A stretch of DNA of 64,000 bases from Chrysomallon squamiferum (GCA_012295275.1 CM022665.1:35340001-35404000); one strand, 5' to 3'; positions 51,001-64,000 are shown, numbered from the stretch's first letter. Notes: generated by a model not told the origin, from the letters alone. A program made the numbers and translations.

Positions 51001-52769
51001 TTGAACAGCAAGTTGACAGATTGACACAGAGTTCCCTCCAGGCTGGTTTGACAGCCAAGGAAAGAAAAGAAGACTCAGAGAAGAAAAAGGCAACAACCAA
51101 GGTAAAAATATTTATTTTTCTATATGGACTACTTCTAAATAATTAAGCACTGAGTTTATTTTAAAGAGTAATAAAAAAAATATATCAACATATTCAGATT
51201 ACCAGTATTCAAAATGTTAGTGATCTTTGTCTCAGGTTTAGATTTTAGTTTTGTTTATTAATGGGATGGACATATTTTTGTAAATCCATTGAATAATTCT
51301 GTCTGACAAGATAAGTGACCAATTAATTGATCTAAATGGTTGCATCTACAGCTCTGCAGCTATTTGAACTAAGAAACACATACATAAAAAGGGGAATCAA
51401 AAAACATTCCAAACACCAATAATCTTTTCATCAAATTTTAAAATACAATAAAAGAGTTTAAAGAATTCTTTTTAAGTATTTGTGGTCTGTTTCAGATTAT
51501 TTCACAAACTAATTTAATTGTTATTATTTTATCACATTACAGCTGTGCATTAAAAAAGAAGAATATCTGAATATAATATTTACTTTAATTATAATTTTTG
51601 TTTTCTAATAAAAAACATTTTTAAAACATACTTCATACAGATTATAAAATATTTGCTTGACATAATTCTAAAACAGTAAATTTCTTTTCTGATAATAATT
51701 GATTTAATTTAGAAAATCACATCTGTCCTTTATGAAGCATTTCCTTTGTATGATTATTTTAAGAAATGGATTTATATATATGTATAATTCTACTTACTAA
51801 AAATGGTTTTCTTTTTTAAATCCTTGCATTGAACAAATTCACTTCTTATGACTTCTCATAAATGTCATTTTTTTGGCTAAAAACACAAAATATTGTCAAA
51901 GTGACATCACCTCATGGGTACAGAAACTAATTTTGAATGTAAATTTGAGTTCCATTAAGAAAGTGAATGACCTCAACCTTTTTGATTACAGGTTGTATCT
52001 GAACATGTGGACCAAATGGCTGGTAGTGAGAACTTTGAGAGAACAATTGTAAACTTTGACGCTAACTTCTCCAGACTGTTTCTGGAACTTTTTGACAAAA
52101 TTATGGACTTCAACAGCAAGAACTATGAACATAAACTGTTCAGCATTCTCTACAGGTTGGTCAGAGAAAACCGTGAGATATGTTGATCATCATACAACAT
52201 AATTAGAAATAAAAGTGAAAATATCCAATATTGTCATGGTATTTAGAAGTGCCTAGAGTTTATTGAGATTCACACAATTTCTGCTTGTTTTATATGTGTA
52301 GTAGGTAATAGAATTGAGTGGTTTCTTTGTGTGTGTGTGTGTGTGTGTTTTGTAGTGAAATTAATGGAATGTATATAGCTGTGTATAGATAGAATGAAAA
52401 TATTATGTTTAGAGACAAATTAAAAGAAGGAGACTATTATATATCTTGAAATGAAGTGTTTAGTGTTGTTTATGGTGTTGTAAATTAAATTGTAAAAAAT
52501 TAATTCTCAGTTGCTGAATAAATACAAATTTGTTTAATTTATAGAAATTTAGTCATATAATTCAGAATTCTTAAAACATAGTAATTATAATTAATTGGTT
52601 ACTGTAGGTAATCTGTATCCAGTTGAAATTATAATAAAAAATGTATATGGATTTCTACATTGAATGTTTCAGACTGGATTTTAATGGGTTTTACACAGAA
52701 AAGCTCGAAGCTATGTCAGCTGAGAGAGCCATGCAGGAAACATCGCATGCTTCAAGTTCATGTGAGTAA
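36067..52769 (+). CDS. TUBGCP2: Gamma-tubulin complex component 2 (GCP2/Spc97), ~896 aa, 29 coding exons
   Basis: Exons 36067-36119, 36918-36999, 37426-37517, 38004-38067, 38591-38725, 38900-38999, 39524-39612, 40021-40098, 40387-40468, 40820-40897, 41193-41260, 41527-41571, 42927-43019, 43529-43590, 43946-43988, 44295-44366, 44730-44791, 44930-45042, 45405-45555, 46083-46174, 46994-47081, 47452-47525, 47847-47947, 48320-48390, 49803-49977, 50273-50416, 50979-51101, 51992-52155, 52673-52769 (2691 nt, phases consistent). Motifs MSEFKVHHHVSEL, LDPLVYLLSKL, LQKLWFYLQP, WIYKGIISDPYSEF, KILNTGKYLNVVR, SVKHYFLLDKGDF, YMMFEVIEPNW, RLDFNGFY. Confidence 0.96.
41670..42266 (-). mobile_element. Internally deleted Mutator-like (MULE) element in a TUBGCP2 intron
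   Basis: Minus-strand peptide EGYNSRLAKRGVKSHMNIYKLILLFKSENANKEAHMLQLEDG resembles the EG(W/Y)(H/N)...HPNI segment after the catalytic Glu of MULE transposases. Imperfect inverted ends 41670-41692 / 42244-42266; internal direct repeat 41709-41740 / 42173-42204. Confidence 0.7.
44792..44929 (+). other. U12-type (minor spliceosome) AT-AC intron 1 of TUBGCP2
   Basis: 5' site ATATCCTT, branch TTCCTTGAC at 44912-44920, terminal AC at 44928-44929; splicing restores EDYNDA-YWEQHY. Confidence 0.95.
46175..46993 (+). other. U12-type AT-AC intron 2 of TUBGCP2
   Basis: 5' site ATATCCTTT, branch ATCTTTAAC at 46975-46983, terminal AC at 46992-46993; splicing restores QNIDD-IMITRLESLLELALR. Confidence 0.93.
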
Positions 52770-55700
52770 ATCCAAAATATCTTGGTGAATATGTATACAT
52801 CACAATTTAGAAAGATTTGGTACAGGCTGTATGAAATAGGAACTGAGGTATATAATAAAGCATACTCAGATAATTACTGATTTAATTTTTAAAACAAGAA
52901 GTCAGTAGTTATATCTGTTTTCTGTTTATAAACCAGAATATGATCCAGTGTAATTTATATTTAAATAGTTATTAATAAGAGTTTCAATGCCATTGTATTT
53001 GGAGATATTGAGATCAAATCCTGATTCTGGATTCCTGAATAGTAAAACTTAATGCTTTTATCAGCTAATCCTCAACTGCATGATTCCTGACATTGTAATT
53101 CATAGACAATCTCATCCCAAACAAACCGAATGAAAGCAAAAACAGACAATCCCCTTAAACATTACTATTTGCAAAGAGTATTCATTCCCCAAGCCACAAA
53201 CATTACTCTTTTTTCTTTTTCTTCTTCTCTTGATAGCTTCACATTTGGGATCAATTCCAACATCTTTTACAAGTCAGCGTCCCGAATCAGCCAGATATGT
53301 ACCTGGAATACACAAAAACTTGCCAGGAGCCAAAGGTGATCAGTGACATGAGCAAAACAAAACATCAGAAATGTGAGAGAGATTCTTTTATTTAAGAACA
53401 AACACAGTTCTTATCCACCAAAACATGCCAGAGATATGATATAGACTGTGTTTAAATTAAGTTTCTTCAGTGGAGAAAAGTGAAAAGATTTAAATGCTTT
53501 CTTAATTTTAAATCTGCTGATTGTTGAAATGTGCTGCTGTATCAGTTAGCATTAGTCTTCCACAAATGTTGAGAAAATATTTTTATAATGAAGATAAATG
53601 CACCAAATATTTTTGTAATAAAAAAAATATATATAGCAAAGCACATTTGATCCATATCTTCATTCATGGCTTTTTCTTTTGTCTTTTTATAATTGAAATC
53701 TCGTTTATTTCTTTTATTTCTGTTTCCTTACTCTCCCTTTATATCTATTATAAATTTAGTAACATGTAAAGCTGCATAACTGGTTCACACGTGGATTGCT
53801 TATTTGTTATATATCAAGTGTTACAGTGGACTAACATTAAAATCACATCAGTTTTTGCCATACCAGTTAAAATAATTCTTGTTGATGATATTACAGAAAA
53901 CATATACTTAATAAGATAATTTTCATGAGTGAAAGAAAAGTACTGAGATAATCACAAAACCAAAACTGATTTGGTTTGAGAATCAAAATGTTTTAAAAGA
54001 GTTTACCAGGATAATAATTCAAAATAGCTGATATTTCTGTTTTGGTGCAATTTATGAATTATGATCAGTCTTTTTATAATACAGCAATGCTGTATATCAG
54101 CATATTAACAATAAAAGATATGTTGCCTTTGTGATGTTATTATTTATGAAGCAGTGCTGTTATAGTGCTAATTATTTTTAAGTGTGCCTCCTATTTTTGA
54201 AACAGATTACTTAATACATTTAATATAAAAGTTAGTTTCATGTATATTAGTAACAACAAATTTCAATACAATAACATGCATATAGGGATGCATGGAAGAA
54301 GATATTTTATCTTGATATTCTGTAAACAGAAATATATATATATATATATATATAAATTGTAAATGAATGCAACATACCAGTAGGATTTTTGTAATATTTC
54401 TCTCTAGATGATACCAGGAATAAAGAGAAAATTCAGTCTTATGATTTTATTTTATTATCATTTATTTTTGGTACCAAATATTGGTTTTAGACAAAATAAA
54501 TAATAAATATATGCATACAATATGTGTTCATTCTGCTACGTGAAGATCTTAACACCAGTATCACAGATATTCTGTACTGTGTTTATTTTGTTTACTGCTG
54601 CACATTCAGCAAATCTGACAATGTTTTGGAAATGATTTTTTTAAAAGAAATGTTAGCAAGTTCTGATTATCTTGAATTCTTTGTAAATTAATCTGTCCAT
54701 AACAAGATCAAGAAATAATTTCTAACACCTGGAAATAACAACTATTATCTTAATTACATTCATCTGGTCATTAGCAATTTTGTGAATGTTTTGCCACAAC
54801 TCAAAATGTTACCTACTTTTTTGAGAATTTGAATACTTAATAAAATTAAATTGTTCATTATAACAGGCAATTAACTTTTTACGATTGAAAACCTTCTGCT
54901 AGTTTTTAATAATTAATAATATTCAAATTATCTCTGATGTAATTGAATACTATATACTGCTATTCTCTTGACAACAGTTGGAAATGAGTTTTAAGAATTG
55001 CAAACATGTTACTTTGAATACTTAAAACAGTGACAGTATTAATACCTGAAATGGTGCCATTACTAATTTTAAAAATGTCACAGGTACAATTAAACAGAAA
55101 TGAGGATGTTTAATGCTTTTGAAGAGATCTTAGGTAACCATTCTGTAGTAAGGGATCTTTTTTTCCTTACTCTGTTTTAAGTTTGTTAAGCATCCAGGGA
55201 TACCTTATTGTTTAATACAAAGTTTTGAAAAGTGGATGAAATATAAATTTAATTTAGTAAACTTTAAACTGGTGTATTTAAATAAATACAATATGTTAAT
55301 CAGAAAATAAAAATATCTATAAATTTGTTTATTTTTAATTACCCCAAACTAAATAGAGAACTAATAAAACTACCAAAATTGTTGAAACAAATTTAACACA
55401 ACTTTTTCTTGTTACTGTCTGTTTTTTTTAATATTATTAAAATATAAATTACAAAATTTTATTTTGTAGTTAAAAATAAGTTGGAAATATCAAATTTTCA
55501 TAGTTTAAAACAAAATGAAAAAACAACTCTTGAAAAATGTTGTGGTTAGAATTAAAAAAGGAAACATCTGTAAAATACAACTGGATAAACAAACTATAAA
55601 AACTGTACAAAAATGATGTTAACTAAAGGTTTTGGTGTATTTGTCATTTACAGATGAAGGTGTCGGGGATGGTTTTAGTTTTGGAACTGCAAATCCTAGA

Positions 55701-56073
55701 AAAAAAATTAAACGTATTTTTATATTAGAATTTGTGTGTAATGTATATAAGCATCAATTCAACATACATATGCACCCATTCACGCACCCGTTGTGTCATA
55801 ATTATTTCCATTTTCAATATAAAAATGATTGAAATATTGATTATTAAAATATATGTACATAATACTAGTAAACCAAAATTAGAAAATAATAATAATAATA
55901 ATAGTAATAAAATGTTTTTAAAAACCCCATTTAATAAGATTTCTCAGTAAATTTAATATTCATGATTGTAACTGTATTAGAGACCTATCATATGTCCACA
56001 TGTGCATACATACATTCGTTATGGCATTGTTTATATTACCTGAAGGGAAAAGTAATTTGGGAGATGATCCTGT

Positions 56074-56537
56074 TTACTTGAAACAAACAGAGAAGACTGT
56101 TAGCATTATGGTCATGACAGAAGCGGTTATCATATGACCTAAAAATGAAAAGAAATAGAAGAGAGAAAGATTATTTTAATCAGCTTAAAAAAGCTAAAAG
56201 CCTGATATGTTTGTTTAAAAGAAGAAAAACCAGAGATCACGTTTAGTGCGACAGAATCATTGGAGATGGTGATATTATACTATTCTGCAGCATGCTGGAC
56301 ATTTTGTCACTTTTGCCCGAAGACGACTTGATTTCTGAAATTGCTTTATCTTCTTGTTACAGTTATATTGACCGTTATGTTATTTCTCCCGAACGTGTTA
56401 CAGCAAATATGCCTATATACAATCATTACTTCAATAAATGTATTAAAATATTCCACACAAATCCAGTTGTATAAATATTATTAGGTGCAGTATGTATAAT
56501 ATAAGGATTTGAATTTAGCTGCTATAATTTATTGTTG

Positions 56538-56582
<45 letters not shown>

Positions 56583-59273
56583 CACAGGCATAAATGTTTT
56601 TTTGTTTTTTTTTGTTTTTATTTCTCACTGGTGAAAACTACGTTAGAAACAAATGACATTGTAACTTACCAACACAGGAAGTTTTGATGTATTTTTGGGC
56701 GCTGACAAGCAGGACTGAGGTTATTTGTTCCCCAAAGCAGTCTGAATCCGAAAGACATTTTACGTACGTCTTGAATGCTCTATAAATAAGAGGAAAAAAA
56801 AAAAAAGAAGGAACGTGCCATGATTAGTAGTAATTTATTTGTATATTAAGTTAGGAAGTCAGCTTTGATTTTTTTAAATTATAATAATAACAATAATAAT
56901 AATAATAAAAATGTTGCTTTCTGTATAAACATTTGCAACAAATAAAGAAATCGAATAAAATAGCAACACTCAAAATTGATACATGCACCTTAACATGGAT
57001 AGCAGCAGTTAACAAACAAATCGTTGAATAGGCAAAACGGCAATCTTCCTAAAACGTGTTTCGAATCCTGATTCATACCGCTATGAACGGTCGTTTTCTA
57101 AATTCAGTTACTGCCTGAAATCCCAAAACCTAGAACCCACGACAAAAGCCATATTTTTAAAAATAAAATTACGGACACAATCTCTTTAATTCTTAATCAA
57201 GTTTAAAATGGTTTTTAAAAGAAGTTAATAAAAAATTGGTACTTGAATATTTATTCAAAGTTTTAGGATGTGAATTGAAGTAAACTGCACTTCTGATCAT
57301 ACAACAAAGATTTAAATCCCCTCCTCAACTGAGTTTAAACAAGCTCAAAGCCTGAGATGTTTCCATTCTAAATATGTGCAGGAGTTTACATTTAGTGCGA
57401 CACAATCGTAAAGATAATGATGCTATACAATTATGCAGCATGCTGGATAGTTTGGCACTTTTGCTTATATACGACTTGATTTCTGAAATGGTGTATCTGA
57501 AGAGTGAAATGGAGATATGACGACTTGCATTGCCATCAGACGTCTTCCGCACATACTGTTGATTCCAGCTCTCACAATGGCTGAATGGTTCAGTGACACC
57601 CATTACAGTACCCTCATGTACCACCAATATATCAAATTACCAAATTTCTGTGAAGACAGCCGATGTGGCCGAAATCTATAGAGGAAGCCCCGAAGAGTAT
57701 GGACTCTATATTTATAAAGAAGGAAAACCATAATAAATATTTTCAATGAAATAAGGAACGAGAATTTAAAACAAATTTTACCAATTATCTTAAGAAAAAA
57801 CAACAAAAAAACAAACAAAAAACAACACACACACTCACAAAAAAAATACACACACGCATAAAATAAAACAAATTCTCACATATAAATTAATATTTATGTA
57901 AGCTGATTTTTATCATAGGGCTTTTGCCTGGTTAGCCCATTTTGATAGCCATACATTTTGATACAATGTTTATTAGGCCTACTTACAGAACTGTCTCTAT
58001 GTTTACTGTTTTTTGTTTTTTTTTCAGTCGTAATTATCATACTGTAAAACCTGCTGGCATAACATCCGTGTTTATTCAAATATTCTCATTAATATGGGAT
58101 ACAGTCGACCGTCCTCTAGGTTAAACACCGTCAGATTAAAAGCTTCCAGTATTTCATTATGGTTGTATTTATATATACACAGTTCATTTATACTGCAACT
58201 AGATTTTCATATAAATTCAGAATACAAACTCAGAATAATAGGATAATTAAATATTGCGATCTTGATTGTAAGAAATGCGTATGTTGAGTAACCTCTTCTT
58301 CAGCTGCTTTCGTACTTTCCATACTTGATGTGAATGAAGCAGGATAGCCATTTCCCTTGCCAGTAGAGCATTATAACCGATTTATCAGACTGTGGTGTAA
58401 CCTTTCCAGTCTATGCAAAGGCGCAAGCAAATAAATGATCTATTGCGGTTAATCAAAATTATATTATGGCAGCTACGGGTTTGTACTTTCGTCTGTATCG
58501 ATCCTTAACCATATGTATGAAGTAATAAAACTGTAGATCAATATTATGTTGAGTGCTTCTTTAATAAGTTTTTTTTTTCGTTCTTCTTTTAAAAATAATA
58601 AAATTATTTTGTTTGTATGTATGTATAAGCTATGGAATTACAGAACTAAACTACAACAGTTTAATGACTTACATGCACATTTGTTCAGGACTAAAAGCAG
58701 TAGCAAACGATTCTTTTTGAACGCGGCCACAGGCTAGAACAGTACCTTGAAGACAGGCACTGAATGTGATAACTATCAAATCTGAAGAAAAATGTGTGAT
58801 TATTTTAATAATAATATTGGTGGCGGTAATAATAACTAGCACTGAATGTAGTAATAAAAACCTAAAATAAGTAGCAGTAATAGTAATGGTTGTAATAGTA
58901 GTAGTAGTAAAATCAAACACTAAATATAATAATCAAAATATGAAAAATAGTAATAGTGACAGCAGCAGCAGTAACAACTGTAGTAGTAGTAGCAGCATCA
59001 GTTGTGGAAGCATCTGTAGTAATAGTAGTAATAACTTTAAAAGAACTACTATTTCTAGTTTTCTTAACACTATACCATTATACTACTACTTCAGCTACTA
59101 ACATTACTCTACTACTATTGCTACTGCTACTTCTACTACTCCTAGTACTACAACTACTTTTACAACTACTACTATAATTAATAATAATAACAATACATTT
59201 ATTTAATAATACTTCGGCAATTATTAATATTAAAAGAGAAGTTTCTTTCATATGCTTTTTCCATAACAATAAC

Positions 59274-59311
<38 letters not shown>

Positions 59312-59634
59312 AAAAAAGATAAAAAAGTAAGAAGAAAACAACGGATATTTCTCTGAAGTTCATAGATGTTCATCAGTCAGCAGCAAGGGGCATTTTTACA
59401 TGCACGATTCTGTACACAAGAAAGTACGTACCTTAGCTTTCGATACGCAAGTCACTGGTTATAACGGCAAAAATGTTCAGTGCGGAACGATAAACATGTT
59501 ATTAAAATAAATATTAATTAATTTAGTCACATGTATTTCTTTACATGAATATATCATATCTATAAATATAAAATAAAATAATAAACAAATATAACTTTAC
59601 CTGCAGTTAATAAACAAATAAGAAATGCCTTCAT
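56074..59634 (-). CDS. Small 6-Cys, probably GPI-anchored surface protein, paralogue A (105 aa; RGM-N/neuritin-like Cys pattern)
   Basis: Exons 59634-59601, 58781-58673, 56779-56670, 56138-56074 (318 nt; phases 1,2,1). MKAFLICLLTADLIVITFS-ACLQGTVLACGRVQKESFATAFSPEQMCIAFKTYVKCLSDSDCFGEQITSVLLVSAQKYIKTSCVGHMITASVMTIMLTVFSVCFK*. Independently supported by an adjacent paralogue with the same exon structure. Confidence 0.88.
56185..56341 (+). mobile_element. Short MULE transposase fossil (second copy of part of 57285-57640)
   Basis: Shares aaagcctga-atgttt, tttagtgcgaca and gcagcatgctgga...acgacttgatttctgaaat with 57335-57489; translates to CSMLDILSLLPEDDL. Confidence 0.6.
56539..56580. repeat. 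(CA)n microsatellite
   Basis: Perfect CA run. Confidence 0.95.
57285..57640 (+). mobile_element. Decayed MULE transposase fragment
   Basis: Allowing frameshifts, reads ...QSLRCFH...VQE-HLVRHNRKDNDAIQLCSMLDSLALL...EMVYLKSE...Y-DSS, resembling the CxxH...(I/V)Q.LGL...FCGMLDGLAFLP...YFD region of MULE transposases as recalled. Confidence 0.6.
59372..59480 (+). repeat. Possible degenerate SINE-like interspersed repeat fragment
   Basis: agcagcaaggggcatttttacatgcac resembles an abundant gastropod repeat core as recalled; no clear second copy in this window. Confidence 0.3.
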
Positions 59635-59760
59635 GACTGTACGGTTGCAAATCACCAAAATATTAAATACATCAAGTTAAAAGTTGGCCTTTTAATAGCG
59701 ACTCCAAAGTTTGGTCATCAGACATTGGTGCTCATATCTTTACTTAATCTCTATTATTTC

Positions 59761-59785
59761 GTTGCCATGACAACTGATATTTATA
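59761..59785 (-). promoter_or_regulatory. RFX X-box and TATA box upstream of paralogue A
   Basis: GTTGCCATGACAAC at 59761-59774 (one difference from the GTTGCCATGGCAAC palindrome) and minus-strand TATAAA at 59785-59780, about 150 nt upstream of the ATG. Confidence 0.55.
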
Positions 59786-60041
59786 ATTATAACTATTACT
59801 TCATACTTGCGCCCACAATTACGAAAAAGAATTTACATTAATATTTATACAGATCAGCATATTTGAGTATAGATGATAATAACTAAGTTATTCATAATAT
59901 TTGAAATAATAATGGAAATGACGACGACGAAAACAGCAACAACAGTAATAATATCAGTAACATGAACTGCCAAAAATTTGTTTCTCTACTTTCTAAAAAA
60001 AAAAGAAGATGGTGAGATAAAATATATTTAGTACATGTGTT

Positions 60042-60049
<8 letters not shown>

Positions 60050-60100
<51 letters not shown>
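60050..60100. repeat. (GA)n microsatellite
   Basis: Perfect GA run. Confidence 0.97.
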
Positions 60101-60101
<1 letters not shown>

Positions 60102-60437
60102 ATAGAACTATTACTACGCACCATCAGTCATTACTAATATTAAAATATGTCTACAGTAAAACAAGTCTGCATATTTCCCGCCTTTTCCTTATAGCAGTAA
60201 CGTCCAGATTTCTGATTAACTGACTAAATGAATGATTTATTAACAATGTAAATGAGTGAAAATATAAACATTTAATGCATGCTTATTTCATTGGAAATGT
60301 TTATTATAATTTTGTAGTCGATAATGCATGTGCAGTCGATAAATAAAATTAAGTGTTGTAAATAAATCTAGTTCTCATTCCAGGCAACTTATTTTAAGAT
60401 ATTAATATTTCTATATATATATAGACAAACACACACA

Positions 60438-60549
<112 letters not shown>

Positions 60550-61005
60550 CACACACACAATTATATAACACAGATATGATTCCAGGAAGACTTTTTAAGA
60601 ATATTTTAATATTTTAATACATACGCATACGCACACAATCACACATACACATACACTAACATATTATTCAATATAGCTATGGAAGGAAAATTGAAAGTGC
60701 AACTGAAATCTTTATAGATTTGTAATAGGATAATTTCATAAATAATTGTTATGTCCACGAATAAACCGGATTAATTTCTAAATTTGAAATAATCGCTTGT
60801 TAATTATGGTCATCAGTGTCGTAGGAATTTTCCATCTTTTGTCTATGAAATATGACGTAAACGGATTCTGTTCTTTTGTTTCCGAATAGTCGTCAGATTT
60901 CAAATTCGTAGCCTCCTTTTAAACCTCTTATAGTATCTAATATTAAATATATTTCTTATTTTATGATTACGTCACACTCCAGTAAAGGGGTAACATTCAA
61001 ATGTT

Positions 61006-61010
<5 letters not shown>

Positions 61011-61080
<70 letters not shown>
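61011..61080. repeat. (AG)n microsatellite
   Basis: Perfect AG run of 70 bp. Confidence 0.97.
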
Positions 61081-61084
<4 letters not shown>

Positions 61085-62335
61085 CATAATTCGAAGATGA
61101 CCGCTAGATACTGTATTCAATAATACCTTGATTTCTACCAATCACATTGGTCAAAACTTCTAGGATATTATAAATAGTAAACGAATAATTAATTAATTTA
61201 GACTTTACTACACAAGTAAAATATTTAACTTTTTATTCGGTCGTAAACATATCTTTATCACTCCAGTTATTCATTATAAAGAAACTTAAATTGGTTAGCC
61301 TTGCACGTGGTTACGTAACAACTACAGAATTATGGCGGCATTGTTTAAAACAGTATACTTTTGTTATTATAATAAATTAAGATTGGGGTGGGGAAGTAAT
61401 ATTTAAAAAATATATATATATATAAATAAAAATAAAAATTAAATAATTAAATAAATAAAAATAACTTGTATTAAGTAGAATATATTTATGCTATATTATC
61501 ATATCACCAGGTTTTGAAGAAGGAGATAAAGAACCTAAAATTGCCATGCATGTACATCATCATTAGAAAAGAATACATACAACTATATTTGTATGTATGT
61601 GTGCGAACGTGCGTGCATGCGTGCATACGTGCATTTGTATGTATATCAGTATTTTTGTCTGTGTATATGTTTTTCTTGCATATGTATATGTACGTATGTC
61701 TATATGTGTGTGTATATGTAAGCATATGTATGCGCGCGAGTGGTGTATGTACTGAGTATTCTTAAAATTACATTATTAGAAAAATTAACAACACAAGTGA
61801 AACAGTATGTGATATTTTATTTATATAAAAATATAAAGTATGTGTAGTAATCTGAGACTGATATCACGAATATATCTTAAGAGAGAAAATCAAAAACGTT
61901 TCCAACAGAATTTCTGCCTTCCGACATACTTATTGTGTAGAATCAGCAGAAGACTGTCTTCATAAATAGATAACAAACGAGATCGTTCTGAAAATAAATA
62001 AATAACTAAATACATTAATAAAAATAAATAAATAAATAAATAAATAAACAAATAGTAATTAATTAATAAAGAATTTTTTAGATAAAAGTTATATTTTAAT
62101 AAAGATAATTATGAGCATGGCAAACTATATCGCCATTCGTTAGATTACTTTTAGAGTTTATTTGAACTAATCAATAATAATAATTATTATGATGATGATG
62201 ATGATGATTATGACGATAATGATTATGGAAATACAAAATGGAAAAATTAAAACAATTACTATTTATAATTAATAAATTAATAACGATACTGTAAAATTTA
62301 TAAGTTTTAAGAATAACAATAATTGTCAAACCTGT

Positions 62336-62404
62336 TTATTTAAACATCACAGCAAACAATGTTAGAATCATTGTAGCGATCGAAGCCGTCAGCATAGTAG
62401 TGCC

Positions 62405-62435
<31 letters not shown>

Positions 62436-63611
62436 GTAATAATAATAATAATAGCAATAGTAATAATAACAAACAAAACAAACAACAATATTTGTGCACA
62501 TATGTTTTCTAGATCTCTCTCTCTAAAACGTTTGTAAATATCTATTTGGATTTAATGTATATATATTTATATATAGCCAAACGCTAATTACAGATAAAGA
62601 ACATAGAGAAATACACAAACCACATCTCTGGTTTATATAAGTCTGGCCAGTTTCCACGACGGTTTTGTAGTTGGGATCTTTATCGCATCCACCATCAGTT
62701 AGACAGCTAATATAACTCTTGTAAGCTCTGAAAAAAACAACCCCAAAACATCAGAATTCTAGTCAGGAAAAGATATCTTTTGATGTCTTTTCTAAGAATG
62801 ATTTAGGAGCAGTATATTTGTTCAGCCCAGCTTTTAAAAATATTAAAAAAAATAAATAGATATAGAAACAAAATAATACCAAAAAAACACCCCAAAAAAA
62901 CTCACTCCCCCAAAACAAGCAAAACAACCCACCTAAAAAAAACATAAAATAGCAACAACACCAGTATCAGCAGCAGCAGCAACAACAACAACAATAATAA
63001 TAATTAATAATAATAATAATGGTAATAATAATAATAAATAAATAAATAAATAAAAGCGAGGGTAGTATCAAATAAAACCTAGAGGCTAATCTAATGAATA
63101 TTGTAAATCAAACCAATGCACGAACAATGAGGATGTTCCTATACAGTACGAGTATTAGTTATATATTACCAGAATTAAGTTCTTAAGATGTAACCACAGA
63201 TCATGTGAAATGAACTATACTTTATATTTAGCTAGATAATTATGTAATAATATATAATTAACAGTACGTACTCGCAGTTCTTGGAAACATCAGTTCCGGC
63301 AGAAGAACTTGCTTTTGAAAATTCTGAAGCACAGTCTACTGCGATTGTAGTATTGCAGGCACTGTTGACAACGCCGAATAACCCTTTGAGATAATAAAAT
63401 AAAAATAATAAAAATAACTAAATAAAAATAAAATGATAACATGATGGTATAATAACATTAAAAGGATTCTTTTTGTTTTTTGAAGAATGTATTCGTTATT
63501 AATTTTTTGTTCAGTTGTAAAAATATTTTTGTCCAATAGTCGGCCATTCACTGACGTTTCAAACAAGGTTGTAGAATCACCTGTTATTAAAACACTAAAT
63601 ATTATTGCATT
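62336..63611 (-). CDS. Small 6-Cys, probably GPI-anchored surface protein, paralogue B (start codon uncertain)
   Basis: Exons ~63611-63581, 63383-63272, 62727-62621, 62403-62336 (phases 1,2,1). ...NAIIFSVLITGLFGVVNS-ACNTTIAVDCASEFSKASSSAGTDVSKNCEAYKSYISCLTDGGCDKDPNYKTVVETGQTYINQRCGTTMLTASIATMILTLFAVMFK*. Same Cys spacing and FK* end as paralogue A; no in-frame ATG at the homologous position. Confidence 0.82.
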
Positions 63612-64000
63612 ACGGGAAATATAACAGCTAATCTCTGAAATTCGCTCTATCAGATTTTACAATAGTTACTTCTAGAATATGTGATCTACTGGTAATAAAA
63701 ACTACCCAACATCCCCAGATGTTTGTCAGATTTAATTTAAAACATAATTTTCAATTAATTAGTCACAGAATCGCCGACATTTAAAACAAAAGAAAAGAAA
63801 TCACACTTTAGTTTTGAATATGGTGATAGTAAGTGTTAAGTTTCGTTATATTTATAACTGATTGTTTTAACGTTTCCTTGCTCGTCAAAGTTCAGCATGT
63901 TCGTCAGTTTCATAATTTTTGATGAAGCATTTCCTTTAATACAAAACGTTCTTTTGACTTGAAGATCAAGTATAATTTTATAGTAAGGTAACAGGATTTT

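Noticed and set aside
58280-58420. Exon-like block in intron 2 of paralogue A
   Set aside because: All three minus-strand frames contain stops, including the required phase; no counterpart in paralogue B.

Overview
AT-rich, microsatellite-rich metazoan genomic DNA; gene content and repeats suggest a gastropod mollusc (inference). Six spliced genes were reconstructed by hand with phase-consistent exons. (1) A ~1154-aa Regnase/ZC3H12 RNase (+, 10810-20237) with an unexpected N4BP1/KHNYN-like N-terminus and an overlapping uORF. (2) A 134-aa secreted 12-Cys protein with a lustrin-type repeat (-, 27140-25599). (3) TMEM138 (-, 32927-29746), head-to-head with (4) TUBGCP2 (+, 36067-52769, 29 coding exons), which has two U12-type AT-AC introns, one with a competing internal U12 acceptor. 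(5, 6) Two tandem ~105-aa, 6-Cys, probably GPI-anchored paralogues (-, 59634-56074 and ~63611-62336) resembling a stand-alone RGM N-terminal (BMP-binding) domain. Also present: a MITE, three decayed MULE transposase fragments, local duplications spanning splice junctions, and a mosaic CpG pattern. All homology calls are from memory and motif recognition; no database search was run.
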